Below, in pieces: positions 41,289 to 60,081 of a DNA stretch of 64,000 nucleotides (positions within the stretch are counted from its first letter, which is position 1; each line of letters starts with the position of its first letter). The position numbers were made by a program, and so were the translations under genes. The stretch lies in NCBI RefSeq assembly GCF_009914755.1, contig NC_060940.1; one strand, 5' to 3'. The stretch is from the human T2T-CHM13v2.0 reference genome, Homo sapiens. The notes under the pieces are model-generated. The model had not been told where the DNA came from. It ran no database searches and saw nothing but the letters and a program-made list of their open reading frames with translations.

Positions 41289-42154
41289 TCAGAGAAAACA
41301 GCAGCTACTATGAACAAAGAGCCTTCTTGCAAGTGAAACCTAACCTGGACACCCCCACCCCACACACACCCAAGACACCCGTGACTTTCCAAAGGGCATG
41401 GACTTCTCCTCAAGCCATATGGCAGTTGGCAATATTCAGACACCACCCCTGCTGAATCCAAGGTCATATTCTGGATACTGACATCCCCAGGTCACATTCG
41501 CTCTGAAATTTCTAGTGCATTTAACTGGTTTCTATTTCCCGGGTCTCCCAATTCCCAGGGAGCACTATCACATCGTTTCAGGAGCCAACGTCTAACTCCC
41601 AAGAGACTGCAATGAGTCCAAAGAATGTGCATTCAGGCTGAGCACAAGGCTTATTTTAATCCAGGCAGTTATTGCCCTGAATTTCTTTGGACAAGTTCAA
41701 ATCCTGCTGCACTCTCATGCCAGTATCATGAAACAGTTTGTGCCACTGTTTGGTTATTAAATGCTCTAAGTTCTCTCCAAGACAGTATCAACGAAGAATC
41801 CATTTTATACATTCTGCGACAATCACAAATCACAAATGGTAAGCACCTTCTTTCCCTCACCCTCGCTGGCCTTATTTAGTGGATTTCTCAAGTCATCTAC
41901 CCTCAAGAAACATCACAAGTAACATTGGGGACAAGAAGCCAGAGTACTCTCACCGGAGGCTGCAAAGTGATTAACATGCATCCTTCAGTGCACCAGAGTC
42001 AGGAGCAGAGCGAAGCCCAGAAGGAAAGGCAGGCAGTGAAATGAGATGCCATTTCCAGGATTCCTCTGTGCAATTTACAGACAGTAAGGAGATGATAAGG
42101 AGGAGGGCAAGATGGTTCCTCTAACAAGATCTGTGTAATCTTTCTGGGGAGTCT

Positions 42155-43510
42155 GTGGTAGGCAGAATCCTAACAGCCCCCAAGATTCCAGGCCCTTGGT
42201 ATATACACACCTCTTCCCTGCTATTCAACATTCACTGAACACAAATCTAGCTACTATTGGGAAGGGATTTTATGGATGTAATTAAGGTCCCAATCAATTG
42301 ACCTTAAGATAGAACTCGGCTGGGCGCGGCGGCTCATGCCTGTAATCCTGGCAATTTGGGAGGCCAAGACGGATGGATCACCTGAGGTCAGAAGTTCGAG
42401 ACCAGCCTGGCCAACATGGTGAAACCTCATCTCTACTAAAAATACAAAAATTAGCCGGGCATGGTGGCAGGCACCTGTAATCCCAGCTACTCAGGAGGCT
42501 GAGGCAGGAGAATCACTTGACCCCGGGAAGCAGAGGTTGCAGTGAGCCGAGACATGCCACTGCACTCCAGCTTGGGCAATAAAGCGAGACTCGGTCTCAA
42601 AAAAAAAAAAAAAAAAGATAGAAGACCTCAAACAACCCAAATGTCCACCAATGGAGGAACAGATAAACAAAATGTGGTACAGACATATAATGGAATATTA
42701 TTCAGCCTTAAAAGGGAAGGAAATTCTGATACATGCTACAACATGGATGGAGCTCGGAAACATGCTAAGTAGAGTATCCCAGATGCAAAAGGACAAACAT
42801 TATATGACTCCACCTAAAGCAGATGAACTCATAGAAACAAAAAGTAGAATGGAGGTTGCCAGGGTCTGGGGAAGTAGAGAATGCGGAGTTACTGTTTAAT
42901 GGGTACAGAGCTCCTATTTGGGATGATGAAAATTTAGAGGACGGGGAGACTGAGAGATTTAGTCTCATCAGTCCTTTAAATCTATGTCTAGATGTCAGAG
43001 ACAGGAAGTCAGAGATTAAAAGGGTGAGAGATTCAACATGAAGATTCGCATTGCTGGCTGCAAAGACAGAAGGACATGGCAAGGACCTGAGACAGCATGT
43101 AGGAGCTGAGAGTGCCTCGACTTCTGACCTACAGAACTGTGAGCTAATAAATGGATGTTGTTGTAAGATGCTAAATATGGACCGGGTGCAGTAGCTCACA
43201 CCTGTAATCCCAGCACTTTGGGAGGCCGAGGCAGGCGGATCACCTGAGGTAAGGAGTTCAAGACCAGCCTGGCCAACATGGCGAAACCCCATTTCTACTA
43301 AATATACAAAAATCAGCCAGGCGTGGTGGCATGCATCTGCAGTCCCAGCTGCTCGGGAGGCTGAGGTAGGAGGATCGCTTGAACCCAGGAAGTGGAGGCT
43401 GCATGCAGTAAGCTGAGATCTTGCCACTGCACTCCAGCCTGGGCGACAGAGCAAGACTCTGTCTCAAAACAAAACAAAACAAAACAAAAACGGCAAATAG
43501 ACTATCATAA
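42155..43510 (+). mobile_element. MLT1 (MaLR) LTR with nested L1M fragment (~42625-42950) and two Alus
   Basis: tgtggtaggcagaat start; gacttctgacctacagaactgtgagctaataaatggatgttg 3' motif. Confidence 0.7.
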
Positions 43511-43996
43511 CTCACCCATATCAGAGGAAGTTATTTAAAAAAAAGAAAAACTACCACCACAACACCACCTACGTGATTTTTCCCACCACTACCCTAGAAA
43601 AAACAGGTTACCACCATGTTTGCAGGAGCACACTGAGGAAGCTTACACTAAGCTGTCCCAAAGAAGGAATGGAGAAAGGGAACACTGAGCAGAGGAAGTG
43701 AAAACGACCTAACCAGAGAAAGTCAGTGCTTTGTGGGGGAAAGGAGTCTGCAATCCAAGCCCTCTCCACCCTCAGCACACCAGGTGGGGAATTCTAGACG
43801 TGGGTTAAGAACCACGGGACTGTGGAATTTTTGTATGACCACACTGCAAGTGAGGAGGGGAAGCCCTGCAATGACTGAGATAGGATTTCCCAGCAGTCTG
43901 AAGAAAGGTGCCTGCTGGGGATTAAAGACAGGTTAGAGGTGTAAAGTGGCATTTTATATCCACTTACAGACTAAAATTTAAACTGGCTACTTATAA

Positions 43997-44141
<145 letters not shown>

Positions 44142-44632
44142 TAGGTGGGATTACAGGTGCATGCCACTACGCTCGGCTAATTTTTTTATTTTTAGTAGAG
44201 ACGGGGTTTCACCGTGTTAGCCAGGATGGTCTCAATCTCCTGACCCTGTGATCCACCCACCTCAGCCTCCCAAAGTACTGGGACTACAGGTGTGAGCCAC
44301 TGCACCCGGCCTGTTTTTTTGTTTTTATTTTTGAGATGGAGTTTCACTCTCGTTGCCCAGGCTGGAGTGCAATGGCTTTAGCTCACTGCCACCTCTGCCT
44401 CCCGCGTTAAAGTGATTCTCCTGCCTCAGCCTCCCAAGTACTGAGATTACAGGCATGTGCCACCACGCCCGGCTCATTTTTGTATTTTTAGGGTTTCACC
44501 ATGTTTCCCAGGCTGGTCTTGAACTCCTGACCTAAGGTGATCGCCACCTCAGCCTCCCAAATTGTCACACAGGTTGGAGTACAGTGGCATGATCTCAGCT
44601 CACTGCAGCCTCAAACTCCTAGATTCAAATGA

Positions 44633-44878
<246 letters not shown>

Positions 44879-45235
44879 TAGTCTAGAACTCCTTTCCCTA
44901 TTGTTAATTTTTGTCAACTTTGTCAAAGATCAGTTGGTTGTAGGTATGTAGCTTTATTTTTGTGTTCTCTATTCTGTTCCATTGGTCTATATGTCTAGTT
45001 TTCTAGCAGTACCATGCTGTTTGAGTTACCACAGCCTTGTAGTATAATTTAAAGGCAGGCAATGTGATACCTTGTCATTTGTCATTTCACTTAATTCTAC
45101 TTATCTTCTAAGTCCCAAGACATACCTCCCCTAAGAAGCTCTCCCAGAATGGCATGAACCCAGGAGGCGGAGCTTGCAGTGAGCCAAGATGCGCCACTGC
45201 ACTCCAGCCTGGGTGACAGAGAGAGACTCTGTCTC

Positions 45236-45283
<48 letters not shown>

Positions 45284-46082
45284 CAGCTCTCCCAAGGACC
45301 TCTCTAAGCAGGTTCCACCTTTTCCGAAAGCACTTTCTCTGCCCCTGCATCACAGAACTTGCCACAGCTTGCTGTGTTTAGTTATTGCTATACACATCTT
45401 TCTTCTCCCACTAGCTGATGAGCCCCTGCTGAGCATGGTCTATTTCATTTCTCCCAGAGCACCCAGCAAGTTGCTTTGTACACAGAGGTGCTCTGTAAAA
45501 CTCTGTAGTATGAAAGATGGTTGCAGCTGGGCATGGTGGTGCACACCTATAATCCCAGGACTTTGGGAAGCCAACGCAGGAGGATTGCTTGGAGCCCAGG
45601 AGTTCGAGACCAGCCTGGACAACATGATTAAACCACACCTTTTAAAAAAAAAAAAAATTAGCCAGGAATGGTGTATGCACTTGTACTCCCAGCTACTTGG
45701 GGGGCTGAGGGGAGGATAACTTGAGCCCGAGAGGTTGTGGCTACAATGAGCAATGTTCACACCACTACACTCCTGGCTAAACGACAAAGCAAGACCCTGT
45801 CTAAAAAAAAAGCCAAAAAAAAGATGGTAGGTCAGAACCAAGTCAAAATCAAGGTCCTTCCAGCTCACAATGTGCCAAGGTGTTCCTCGACATCTCTGAG
45901 AATATTTTTGGTGGTTTCTCTTGATAATTCCCCTTAATAATTTATCACCCACGAGTTTATCTAAACTTTTAAAGTTCATTCGTTTCGTTAATACCTCCTA
46001 GGACAATAAACTTCAATAGCTCACTGCATGCTGTGTGAGACGTTCTATTAGAATAATGTGATGAACAAAATTTTGTTTCTGA

Positions 46083-46424
<342 letters not shown>

Positions 46425-47374
46425 TGATCCACCTGCCTGGGCCTCCCAAAGTGCAGGGATTACAGGTGTGAGCCACAGCACCCAGCCTCTAAGAAAGTGT
46501 CTCACTCTGTCGCCAAGGCTGGAGTGCAGTGGTACTCACTGTAACCCCAAACTTCTGGGCTCAAGTGATTAACCTGCCTCAGGCTCCCAAGTAACTGGGA
46601 CTACAGATGCACACCACCACACCCGGCTAATTTTAAAATTTTGTGTAGAGATGGGGGGTCGCTATGTAGCCCAGTCTGGTGTTGAACTCCTGGGTTCAAG
46701 CAATCTTCCTGCCTCAGCCTCCCAAGGGGCTAGGGTTATGGGCATGTGCCACCATGCCCAGCCAAACTCTTGCTTTTCCATACTGAAAAGTCCTCCTCAA
46801 TTGTAGGAAAACAAACTTATTGTCCAGGACTGCTCTCTATCAAAACAGGTATCTTTAAACAGAAGAGAATGAAGTTCTTAGAAGTCTTTGTTCCTTCAAC
46901 TGCAAAGAAGGATGGTGACTTTTGGCACACTTAACACTTTAGGATTTACATGCCCTTTATGAAATGAGAATTGATGGTGATATTTGATTCTGATTCTCTT
47001 GGAGTAAATATAATAATTTGGAAACGTCAAGCTAACTGATGGCTAATGAAGGAAATCAATTCCATGAGACTCTATTAGACTACAAATTGCTGCTGTCCTC
47101 GTTTAAAAAATTTCTTGGTGAGTCAACTTCCAAAGGCAACAGTGTTCTGAAGCACTTGGTTTCAGCAATCCAAAGCAACAGACCACAATTTATCAAAGGG
47201 AGGAAAAACTCTGCCCTTTCTCCAGGCATAAAATGGAGGTAGCCTGGTGCAGCAGAAACAGTATGCATCGGCTTTGCAGTCAGAATTAGATTAAAACTCA
47301 TGTCTAGGCCAGGCACGGTGGCTCACACCTGTAATCTCAGCACGATGGGAGGCCAAGGTGGGTGGATCATTTCA

Positions 47375-47488
<114 letters not shown>

Positions 47489-47572
47489 TCACTTGAAACC
47501 TGGGAGATGGAGATTGCAGTGAGCCGAGATGGAGCCACTGCATTCCAGCCTGGGTGACAGAGCAGGACTCTG

Positions 47573-47608
<36 letters not shown>

Positions 47609-47889
47609 TTTTACAGGCTAAAGCCACAAACTGAAAACCACTGATTATTAAAAGGGTCCGACCATTTCAGAGGACAAGATCCAATTTCTATTCAAATTAG
47701 ATATTGGCCAGGCACGGTCGCTCACGCCTGTAATCCCAGCACTTTGGGAGGCCGAGGCGGGCAGATCACCTGAGGTCTGAGGTCGGGAGTTTGAGACCAG
47801 CCTGACCAACAAGGAGAAACCCCATCTCTACTAAAAACACAAAAAATTAGCCAGGTGTTGTGGCGCATGCTTGTAATCCCAGCTACTCA

Positions 47890-47994
<105 letters not shown>

Positions 47995-48503
47995 TCAAAA
48001 ACCATAAAATTATACATGAACACTGCTGCCAAAGCTGGTTTGTTGTTTTGCTTTTTAGATTGGGGTTGGCGGGGGGCCGGTCTCTCTCCATCACCCCAGC
48101 TGGAGCACAGTGGCGTTGCAGCCTCAAACTCCTGGGCTCAAGCAATTCTCCTGCCTCAGCCTCCTGAGTAAATGGTACCACAGGCACAAGCCACCATGCT
48201 CAGCTAAGTTTTTCATTTTCTGTAGGGATGGGGTCTCACTCTGTTGCCCCGGCTGGTCTCGAACCCCTGGGCTCAAGTGATGCACCGGCCCTGGCCTCTC
48301 AAAGTGCTAAGATTACAAGGCGTGAGCCACCATGCTTGGCCCAACAGTTTCTGAGCCATCCTTGTCTAATACTCACTACACGTTACCTATCGGAGACTCT
48401 TGTTCACACGCTCAGCAATAGGGGTGTTGCTCAGGAAGTCTTCTCTTTTAAATGAGAACATTCTTTGAATGTCATGGTGGATTGTAAAATTAAAAATTAA
48501 TTA

Positions 48504-48671
<168 letters not shown>

Positions 48672-48704
48672 CTAGCACTTTGGGAGGCTGAAGCAGGTGG
48701 ATCA

Positions 48705-48920
<216 letters not shown>

Positions 48921-49247
48921 TCAAAAACAAAGAAAAAAATCAATTGATTAATTAAATTTAATTAAATGGAAACAGTCTCACTTTCCCACACACTAAAATG
49001 GCCCGCACTGGGTACTACTAGGTACGTCACCTAATCTTTCTGGGGCTCACACTCCTCACCTGCAAAACGACAGGGCAGAGGAGAGGGCTATTTTGTCAGG
49101 CCAAGTGTGTTGCTTCCTTAGGCCAGTTTTCTAATTTAATAATAATGGTAATCAACATTTATCAACTGCTTAACATATACCGACCACTACGCTAGGTGTT
49201 CCAAACTGATATTGTCATTTAATCCTCACAGCTAGTCTACAAGGTAG

Positions 49248-49792
49248 TATGCAGAAAAGAGTTGGCACAGCGGGCATGAGGCTACTACTATCCTTGCGAG
49301 GCCTGCTTGCAAGGGTGGCTCTTGGCTGCTATCTAGAACGTGGATTTTAGGAGGGTTCCACTGCTCCTTAACTAGTAAGAGAGCCTCCCTGTGCCTCAAC
49401 TGTATGTACAAACGACGTAGTTTACGCTGAGTGCCTACTTTCCTTCTGAAGGTCTGGAATTTTGGTACCTGTTAAGGCAGACGGTGCCTACATGACCAGC
49501 CCTAAATAGAAATTGTGGGTACTGAGTCCCTAATGAACTTCCTTGGTACACAATGTCTCTCACACATTGTTCCAGTTACACACGAAAGGAATTAAGCATA
49601 TACTGTGTGCGTCTACAGTGAGGGGACTCTGGGAAGCTTCGGCCTGGTTTCCTTCTGACCTCATGCCATTTGCCTTTTCCCTTTGATTCTGCATTGTGTC
49701 CTTTTGCTGTAATATGTAATGACTGCAAATATGACTGTGAAGCCTCCTTATAAGTCACTGAGCCTGGCATGGCCTGGGGAACCCCCAACACA
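49248..49792 (+). mobile_element. Solo LTR (MER68-like) inserted in a MIR
   Basis: T(A)TGCAGAAAAGAGTT start, ...cccccaacaCA end, 5-bp TSD ggtag/agtag, MIR sequence on both flanks. Confidence 0.7.
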
Positions 49793-50221
49793 AGTAGGCA
49801 CTACTATCCTTGTTTTATGAATGAAGGAAGTCAGTCGGGCGCAGAGGCTCACACCTGTAATCCCAGCACCTTGGGATGCCAAGGTCGGTGGATCACCTGA
49901 GGTCAGGAGTTCAAGACCAGCCTGGCCAACATGGCGATACCTCGTCTCTACTAAAAATACAAAAATTAGCCAGGCATGGCAGCACACACCTGTAATTCCA
50001 GCTACTCGGGAGGCTGAGACAGGAGAATCGCTTGAACCCAGGAGTTGGAGAATGCAGTGAGCCTATATCGCGCCACTGCACTCCAGCCTGGGAGACAGCA
50101 ATACTCTGTCTCAAAAAACAACAAAAAAAAACAAGGCTGGGCACAGTGGCTTATGCCTGTAATTCCAGCACTTTGGGAGGCCAAGACGGGTGGATCACCT
50201 AAGGTCAGGAGTTTGAGACTA

Positions 50222-50498
<277 letters not shown>

Positions 50499-51769
50499 TC
50501 ACATGGAAGACAGGTGGCATAACCTAAATCTTAACACAGTCTGGCACGAAATCCTTAACGTCTTTGTTCTTCTCCCATTCATCACCACATCTTTATATTA
50601 AATTTTCTAGAAAAAAAAAATAGGCCAGGTGCAGTGGCTCATGCCTGTGATCACAGCACTTTGGGAGGCTAAGGTGGGAGGATCACTTAAACTCAGGAGT
50701 TTGACACCAGCCTGGGCAACACAGTGAGACCCCCATCTCAATGTTAAAATACACATATATAAATTTATTTAAAAAAGAAAAAATATTTCACAGTATACAT
50801 ATTAATAGTCACTTACACCAAAAAGTCCTATTCTGCCCCTCCATCTCTATAGTTTTTCAAAATGAACATTGTATGAAACTAAAAAAGTAGGAACCGAAGC
50901 TGGATTGCTCCAGAAAAACACACAGATTATTAATTACTTATAATTTTGCTCCTAGCCAAATAATTTGAGTTGTGCTTTTTTATTTTAGTTTTTATTAGAG
51001 TAAAACACAGTCCTCAATCTTTATCTTTGTGGCAAAGCTGTTGCAATGCTGAGACTAATAAATCACCAACCATTATTAGGTCAGAAGAGAGTATACTTTC
51101 TGCTGAGATGATTCATTTTCAATTTCAAGATAAAAGAAAATATTGAGGAATTTCTTTATGAATCTAGGATACGAACGTTTTTCTTTTTCTTTTCTTTTTT
51201 TTTTTTTTTCTTTTGAGACGCAGCCTTACCCTGTCGCCCAGGCTGGAGTCCAAGGGCGCAATCTTGGCTCCCTGAACCTCCACCTTTTGGGTTCGAGCGA
51301 TTCTCCTGCCTCAGCCTCCTGAGTAGCTGGGACTACAGGTGCCCACCACCACACCTGGCTAATTTTTTGTATTTTTAGTAGAGACAGGGTTTCACTGTGT
51401 TAGCCAGGATGGTCTCGATCTTCTGACCTTGTGATCCGCCCACCTTGGCCTCCCAAAGTGCTGGGATTACAGGTGTGAGCGACCAAGCCCGGCCTAAACA
51501 TTTTTCTTAAGAAGACTTAAAAAGAATTTGGGAGGCCATGGTAGGTGGATCATTTGAGCCCAGGAGTTCGAGACCAGCCTGGCCAACATGGCTCTATAAA
51601 AAATACAAACATTAGCCCGGCCTGGTGGTGTGTGCCTGCATTTCCAACTACTTAAGAGGCCAAGGCAGGAGGATCATTTGAGCCCAGGAGGCAGAGGTTG
51701 CACTGATTCAAAATCACGGCACTCCAGCCTGGGCGACATTGCGAGACCCTGTCTGAAAACAAAAACAAC

Positions 51770-53490
<1,721 letters not shown>

Positions 53491-53814
53491 GCATAAACCT
53501 GGATTTTTTTTTTTTAATCACTCTGGCTATATGGAAGATAAAATGGAAGAAGGAAATGCTACTGTGAGGGAAGAGTTGTCTCCAAGTATGTTCAGCTGCT
53601 TTGGACATACAGAGCTTGATTTTCTCGCAGATCCTGAAGTGGAGACACGAAGTAGGCAGCCGCCGTGGGTCTGCAGTTCTTCTCTTCAACACAGGAGTCA
53701 TCCACTGCAGCACTTTTGCAAATATCATTAGGTTAGCCTTGTAACTGCACATTCCAGCATCTTACCTTTCCTTGAGAGTGAAAACTAATCTCCACACTTC
53801 TCAGTACTCTGAAC

Positions 53815-53950
53815 TGTACTTTCCAATATCATAGCCATTAGCCACAGTGGCTATTTAAATGGCAATTAAAATGTCATAAAATTGAAAATACATCTGTCGC
53901 ACTAGCCCCATTTCCATCATCACTGGAAGTTCTACAAAACAGTGATGCTC
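53815..53950. mobile_element. MER3/MER33-like hAT fragment
   Basis: tccaata...tagccattagccacagtggctatttaaat... motif. Confidence 0.55.
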
Positions 53951-54015
53951 TGGGCCAGGCGCGGTGGCTCATGCCTGTAATACCAGCATTTTGGGAGGCC
54001 AAGGCGGGCAGATCA

Positions 54016-54849
<834 letters not shown>

Positions 54850-55520
54850 TGACACAGGTGATCCACCTGCCTCGGCCTCCCAAAGTGCTGGAGTTATACG
54901 CGTGAGCCACCATGCCTGGCCTAAGTTTTCTTATAGTGTTAACACTCATTGATGCCAGGAAGCACTTCACAGTAGTTGCCAAGCAGCACAGGCTCTTGAT
55001 TATTAATTAGTGACAGTAATAGCCCAAAGCATTGTTTCATAAAATAAATGGCACTTTTATAAACTATAAAAAAGACTTTCACACTTCAGACTGGGGTTTT
55101 CCTCTGAAAAATCTAAGTCTTTTTTTTTTTTTTTTTTGAGACAGAGTTTCGCTCTTGCCCAGGCTGTAGTGCAACGGTGCGATTTGGCTCGCTGCAACCT
55201 CCGCCTCCCAGGTTCAAGTGACTCTCCTGCCTCAGCCTCCCGAGTAGGTGGAATTACAGGCACACGCCACCATGCCTGGCTAATTTTTGTATTTTTAGTA
55301 GAGATGGGGTTTCACCATGTTGGCCAGGCTGGTCTCAAACTCCTGACCTCAGGTGATCTACCTGCCTTGGCCTCCTAAAGTGCTAGGATTACAGGCGTTA
55401 GCCTACGCCCAGCCAAAAAATCTAAAAGTTTTAATTTTAAAAAATTATTTTCAGACCAGGTGCAATGGCTCACATCTGTAATCCAGCGCTTTGGGAGGCT
55501 GAGGCAGGCATATCACTTCA

Positions 55521-55778
<258 letters not shown>

Positions 55779-55909
55779 TCAGGAGTTCAAGACCAGCCTG
55801 AACAAGAACGTAAAGCCCCATCTCTGCAAAAAAAAACACACAAAAAGGCCGGGTGCGGTGGCTCACGCCTGTAATCCCAGCACTTTGGGAGGCTGAGGCG
55901 GGCGGATCA

Positions 55910-56234
<325 letters not shown>

Positions 56235-56302
56235 TCACTTGATACCATAAGGTTGAGGCTGAGGTGAGCCAAGATTGCACCACTGCATTCCAGCCTGGGT
56301 GA

Positions 56303-56719
<417 letters not shown>

Positions 56720-58019
56720 TAGGCCAGGCACGGTGGCTCACGCCTGTAATCCCAGCACTTTGGGAAGCTGCAGCAGGAAAATCACTTGAACCTCGGAGTT
56801 CAAGACCACCTGGGCAAGATACAGAGACTCCTATCCCTATTTAAAAAAAAAATGCAAAATGAAAGAAATTTAAATATTTTAATTAAAAATTTTTTAATAA
56901 AATTATTATTTAAAAGATGTGGAGTGTTTTGAAAAGTTTATTGCTCCTATTCATAAAGGCATTATGAAGAGTTTTAACTTTGTCTTTCTACATTAACAAA
57001 ATAGTTAATAAAATGGGTTCCTGCCCCTTCCAATCATCACCAGAATCACCCACAAAACCATGCTAATTCACATAAAGAGGAAGCCTTGTAAATAGGAAAA
57101 TCAGAACAAAAAAACAGAAACTCCCACAAGGCAGTAAAATTACCCAATTTACTTTGTTCTCTTACTGTGACAACTGCTGTTGAGGTTTAATTATTTGCTA
57201 CGACTTCATAGCATCCTAATATATGTGTCAGCACCCTCTCTGCAGGTCTCTTCAATTACATCTCTATAAACAGGCAGGGGTGAGACTACCTGGGTTTCTG
57301 TGAAAATTAAAGGGTTTGCAGATTAGTAGCTTCCAAATTAGCAGGCTTAGAGGCATGATACATGATTCTATTCTGTCCTAGTTGCCAGTAAAAGCAATTA
57401 ACAAGAAAGAAAACAGGAATATGGTTCCTTTTCCAAGGAGTCTGGCGCCTCCCTAGGGAGAGCAGGTCTCACGGAGACTCTGTGCTGACAGTACTTGGGG
57501 GTCCTTAATCCAAATGCTACTGCTCAAATTCTCAGTAGAGGCTACCGATCAGAGGGCACCACAGAGCAAAATGGTGGGTAGCTCCTCCACTCACTCATTC
57601 TCCGGCAAAAGACAGGATGGGGTTTTGGAAAGAAGAAACCACATCACCCATTCATACTTATCCAGATCTCCCTCAGTATGAATCACCTGTGCATGGTATA
57701 GTGTATACCTGAAGGGAGCTCAGTAAATCCTTGTTGAATAAATGAGTGAATAAAAGTGTGGCACACAGAAGGTATTTGATAAATATTAGTTGAATAAATG
57801 AAAAGAATGGCCAGGCACAGTCGCTCACACCTGTAATCCCAATATTTTGGGAGGCCAAAGTGGGAGAATCGCCTGAGGCCAGGGGTTCAAGACCAGCCTG
57901 GGCAACACAAAGAGACTCTGTCTCTACAAAAAATAATAGGCCAGGTGTAGTGGCTCACACCTGTAATCCCAGCACTTTAGGAGGCCAAGGCAGATGGATC
58001 ACTTGAGGCCAGGAGTTCA

Positions 58020-58181
<162 letters not shown>

Positions 58182-58616
58182 CTACACTACAGTCTGGGTC
58201 ATAGAGTGAGACTCTGTCTCAAAAAAAAAGGTAAATAAATTTAAAATTGAAGAGAATCACCAAGACACTGTCCTAGGTGCTGGGGAAGAGGGGATGTATA
58301 TGACCGGTTCAGAGCTACCCACTATGAGTAAAGTAGTCCAATGAGCTAAACAAGGGCTCTGGGGTAGGATCCAGCATCCAAATCCCAATGCTGTGTGTGC
58401 CACACATCCTCAACATACAACCACATAAAATCTTCACTCGAGGCTGTGCTCAGTGAATCACACCTGTAATCCCAACACTTTGGGACGCTGAGGCAGGGGG
58501 TTCGCTTGAGCCCAGGAGTTCCATACCAGCCTGGACAACATAGGGAGACCCCGTCTCTACAAAAAAAAATGAAAAATTTAGTCGGGCGTGTTGGCATGCG
58601 CCTGTAGTCTCAGCTA

Positions 58617-59042
<426 letters not shown>

Positions 59043-59712
59043 TTAAATTAAATAGAAAATTAAAAAATAAAATCTTTAAGCCAATCTTGTAAGTACGACC
59101 ATCTCCCTTCTACAGGTGAGAAAACTGACGTGTACGGAGTGATGACAGGGTAGGGGCTGCGGGATTCGAACTCGGGCAACACGTGCAGTGTCACTCCTAT
59201 CCACTACACGGTATTTTCCAGTATGATGGCATTAAGAACCACTTAACCGCGTAGACGCTGCAACAGGCACTTTGCAAACAGTGTTTCATCGAATTCACCC
59301 CAACAGGGTTACGTCCACGCAGCTGAGACTTAGAAAAGTCCCGCGACTTGCCTTAAGTCGCCACACGCGGCTAGGGCCTCGGGAAGCCGTCACGCCCTCG
59401 CTCCGTACCCTGATTGTGGGAAGCCTCCCCTCAGCACTCACGATGCGCAGTCTCTGCCTCAGTGTCACAAGGCGGACCCCACTCCCCTACCCGCGTAGGG
59501 AGCCCCGAAACTCCGTCCATGCTCGCCCCGATTGCCCCCGATGGTCGTCTTCCCTCCCCCGACGGGGCCTAAGAGGTCGGCTAAGCCCCGCCCACCTCCT
59601 CAGTACGGGGCCTAGGGTCTCCCCGTAGCCCCCCGGGACGGAAGCAGCCGCGTGGGGGAGGGGAAGCGGGGAGGACGCATGCCCAGAGGGCTCCACTCGG
59701 CCTCTAGCTCAC

Positions 59713-59766
59713 CTGGGAGTCACGGAACTCTACAACCACGTTTTCGCTGCTCCATCGCGCCGCCAT
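59713..59766 (-). CDS. WDR59: WDR59 coding exon 1 (MAARWSSENVVVEFRDSQ, 54 nt)
   Basis: gagATGg Kozak start at 59766, CAG|GTGAGC donor; translation matches the recalled WDR59 N-terminus and lies in a CpG island. Confidence 0.96.
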
Positions 59767-59880
59767 CTCCCCCGCCCGGCCGCCGCGGCCCCAGGACGGC
59801 GCCCTCCCACCCCGCCGTCCCCAGTATCCCGGGACCGTGCGCCCCACACAGCCAGAGAATCAGCCCCGACACGCCCCGTG
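59767..59880 (-). other. WDR59: WDR59 5' UTR (TSS approximate)
   Basis: GC-rich, ATG-free stretch between the CCAAT/GC boxes and the start codon; TSS inferred. Confidence 0.6.
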
Positions 59881-60060
59881 CCCTGGTTGCTCCTGAGCTC
59901 AAGCCATTGGTTGACCCAAGAATAGGCTCCGCCCCTTCTTCCTGGGTCCTCCAATTGCTACACCGCGCCTGCAACAAACAGGCACGCCCTCGCTCACTTC
60001 CGTCACTTGGTTTGAGTCACCCACGCTCCTCGCGATTGCGGGCACACCCCCTGCCGCGAG

Positions 60061-60081
60061 CTCTGCCGGGAGTTGTAGTCC
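60061..60081 (-). promoter_or_regulatory. ZNF143/THAP11-HCFC1-type ACTACA motif
   Basis: Minus strand GGACTACAACTCCCGGCAGAG matches ACTACAnnTCCCRG consensus. Confidence 0.75.

Noticed and set aside
53761-53785. AAG|GTAAGA donor with a nearby AG (5-nt exon)
   Set aside because: AAG acceptor, frameshifting length and no supporting motifs
59150-59210. tRNA B-box-like GGATTCGAACTC
   Set aside because: Part of a MIR SINE core, not a tRNA
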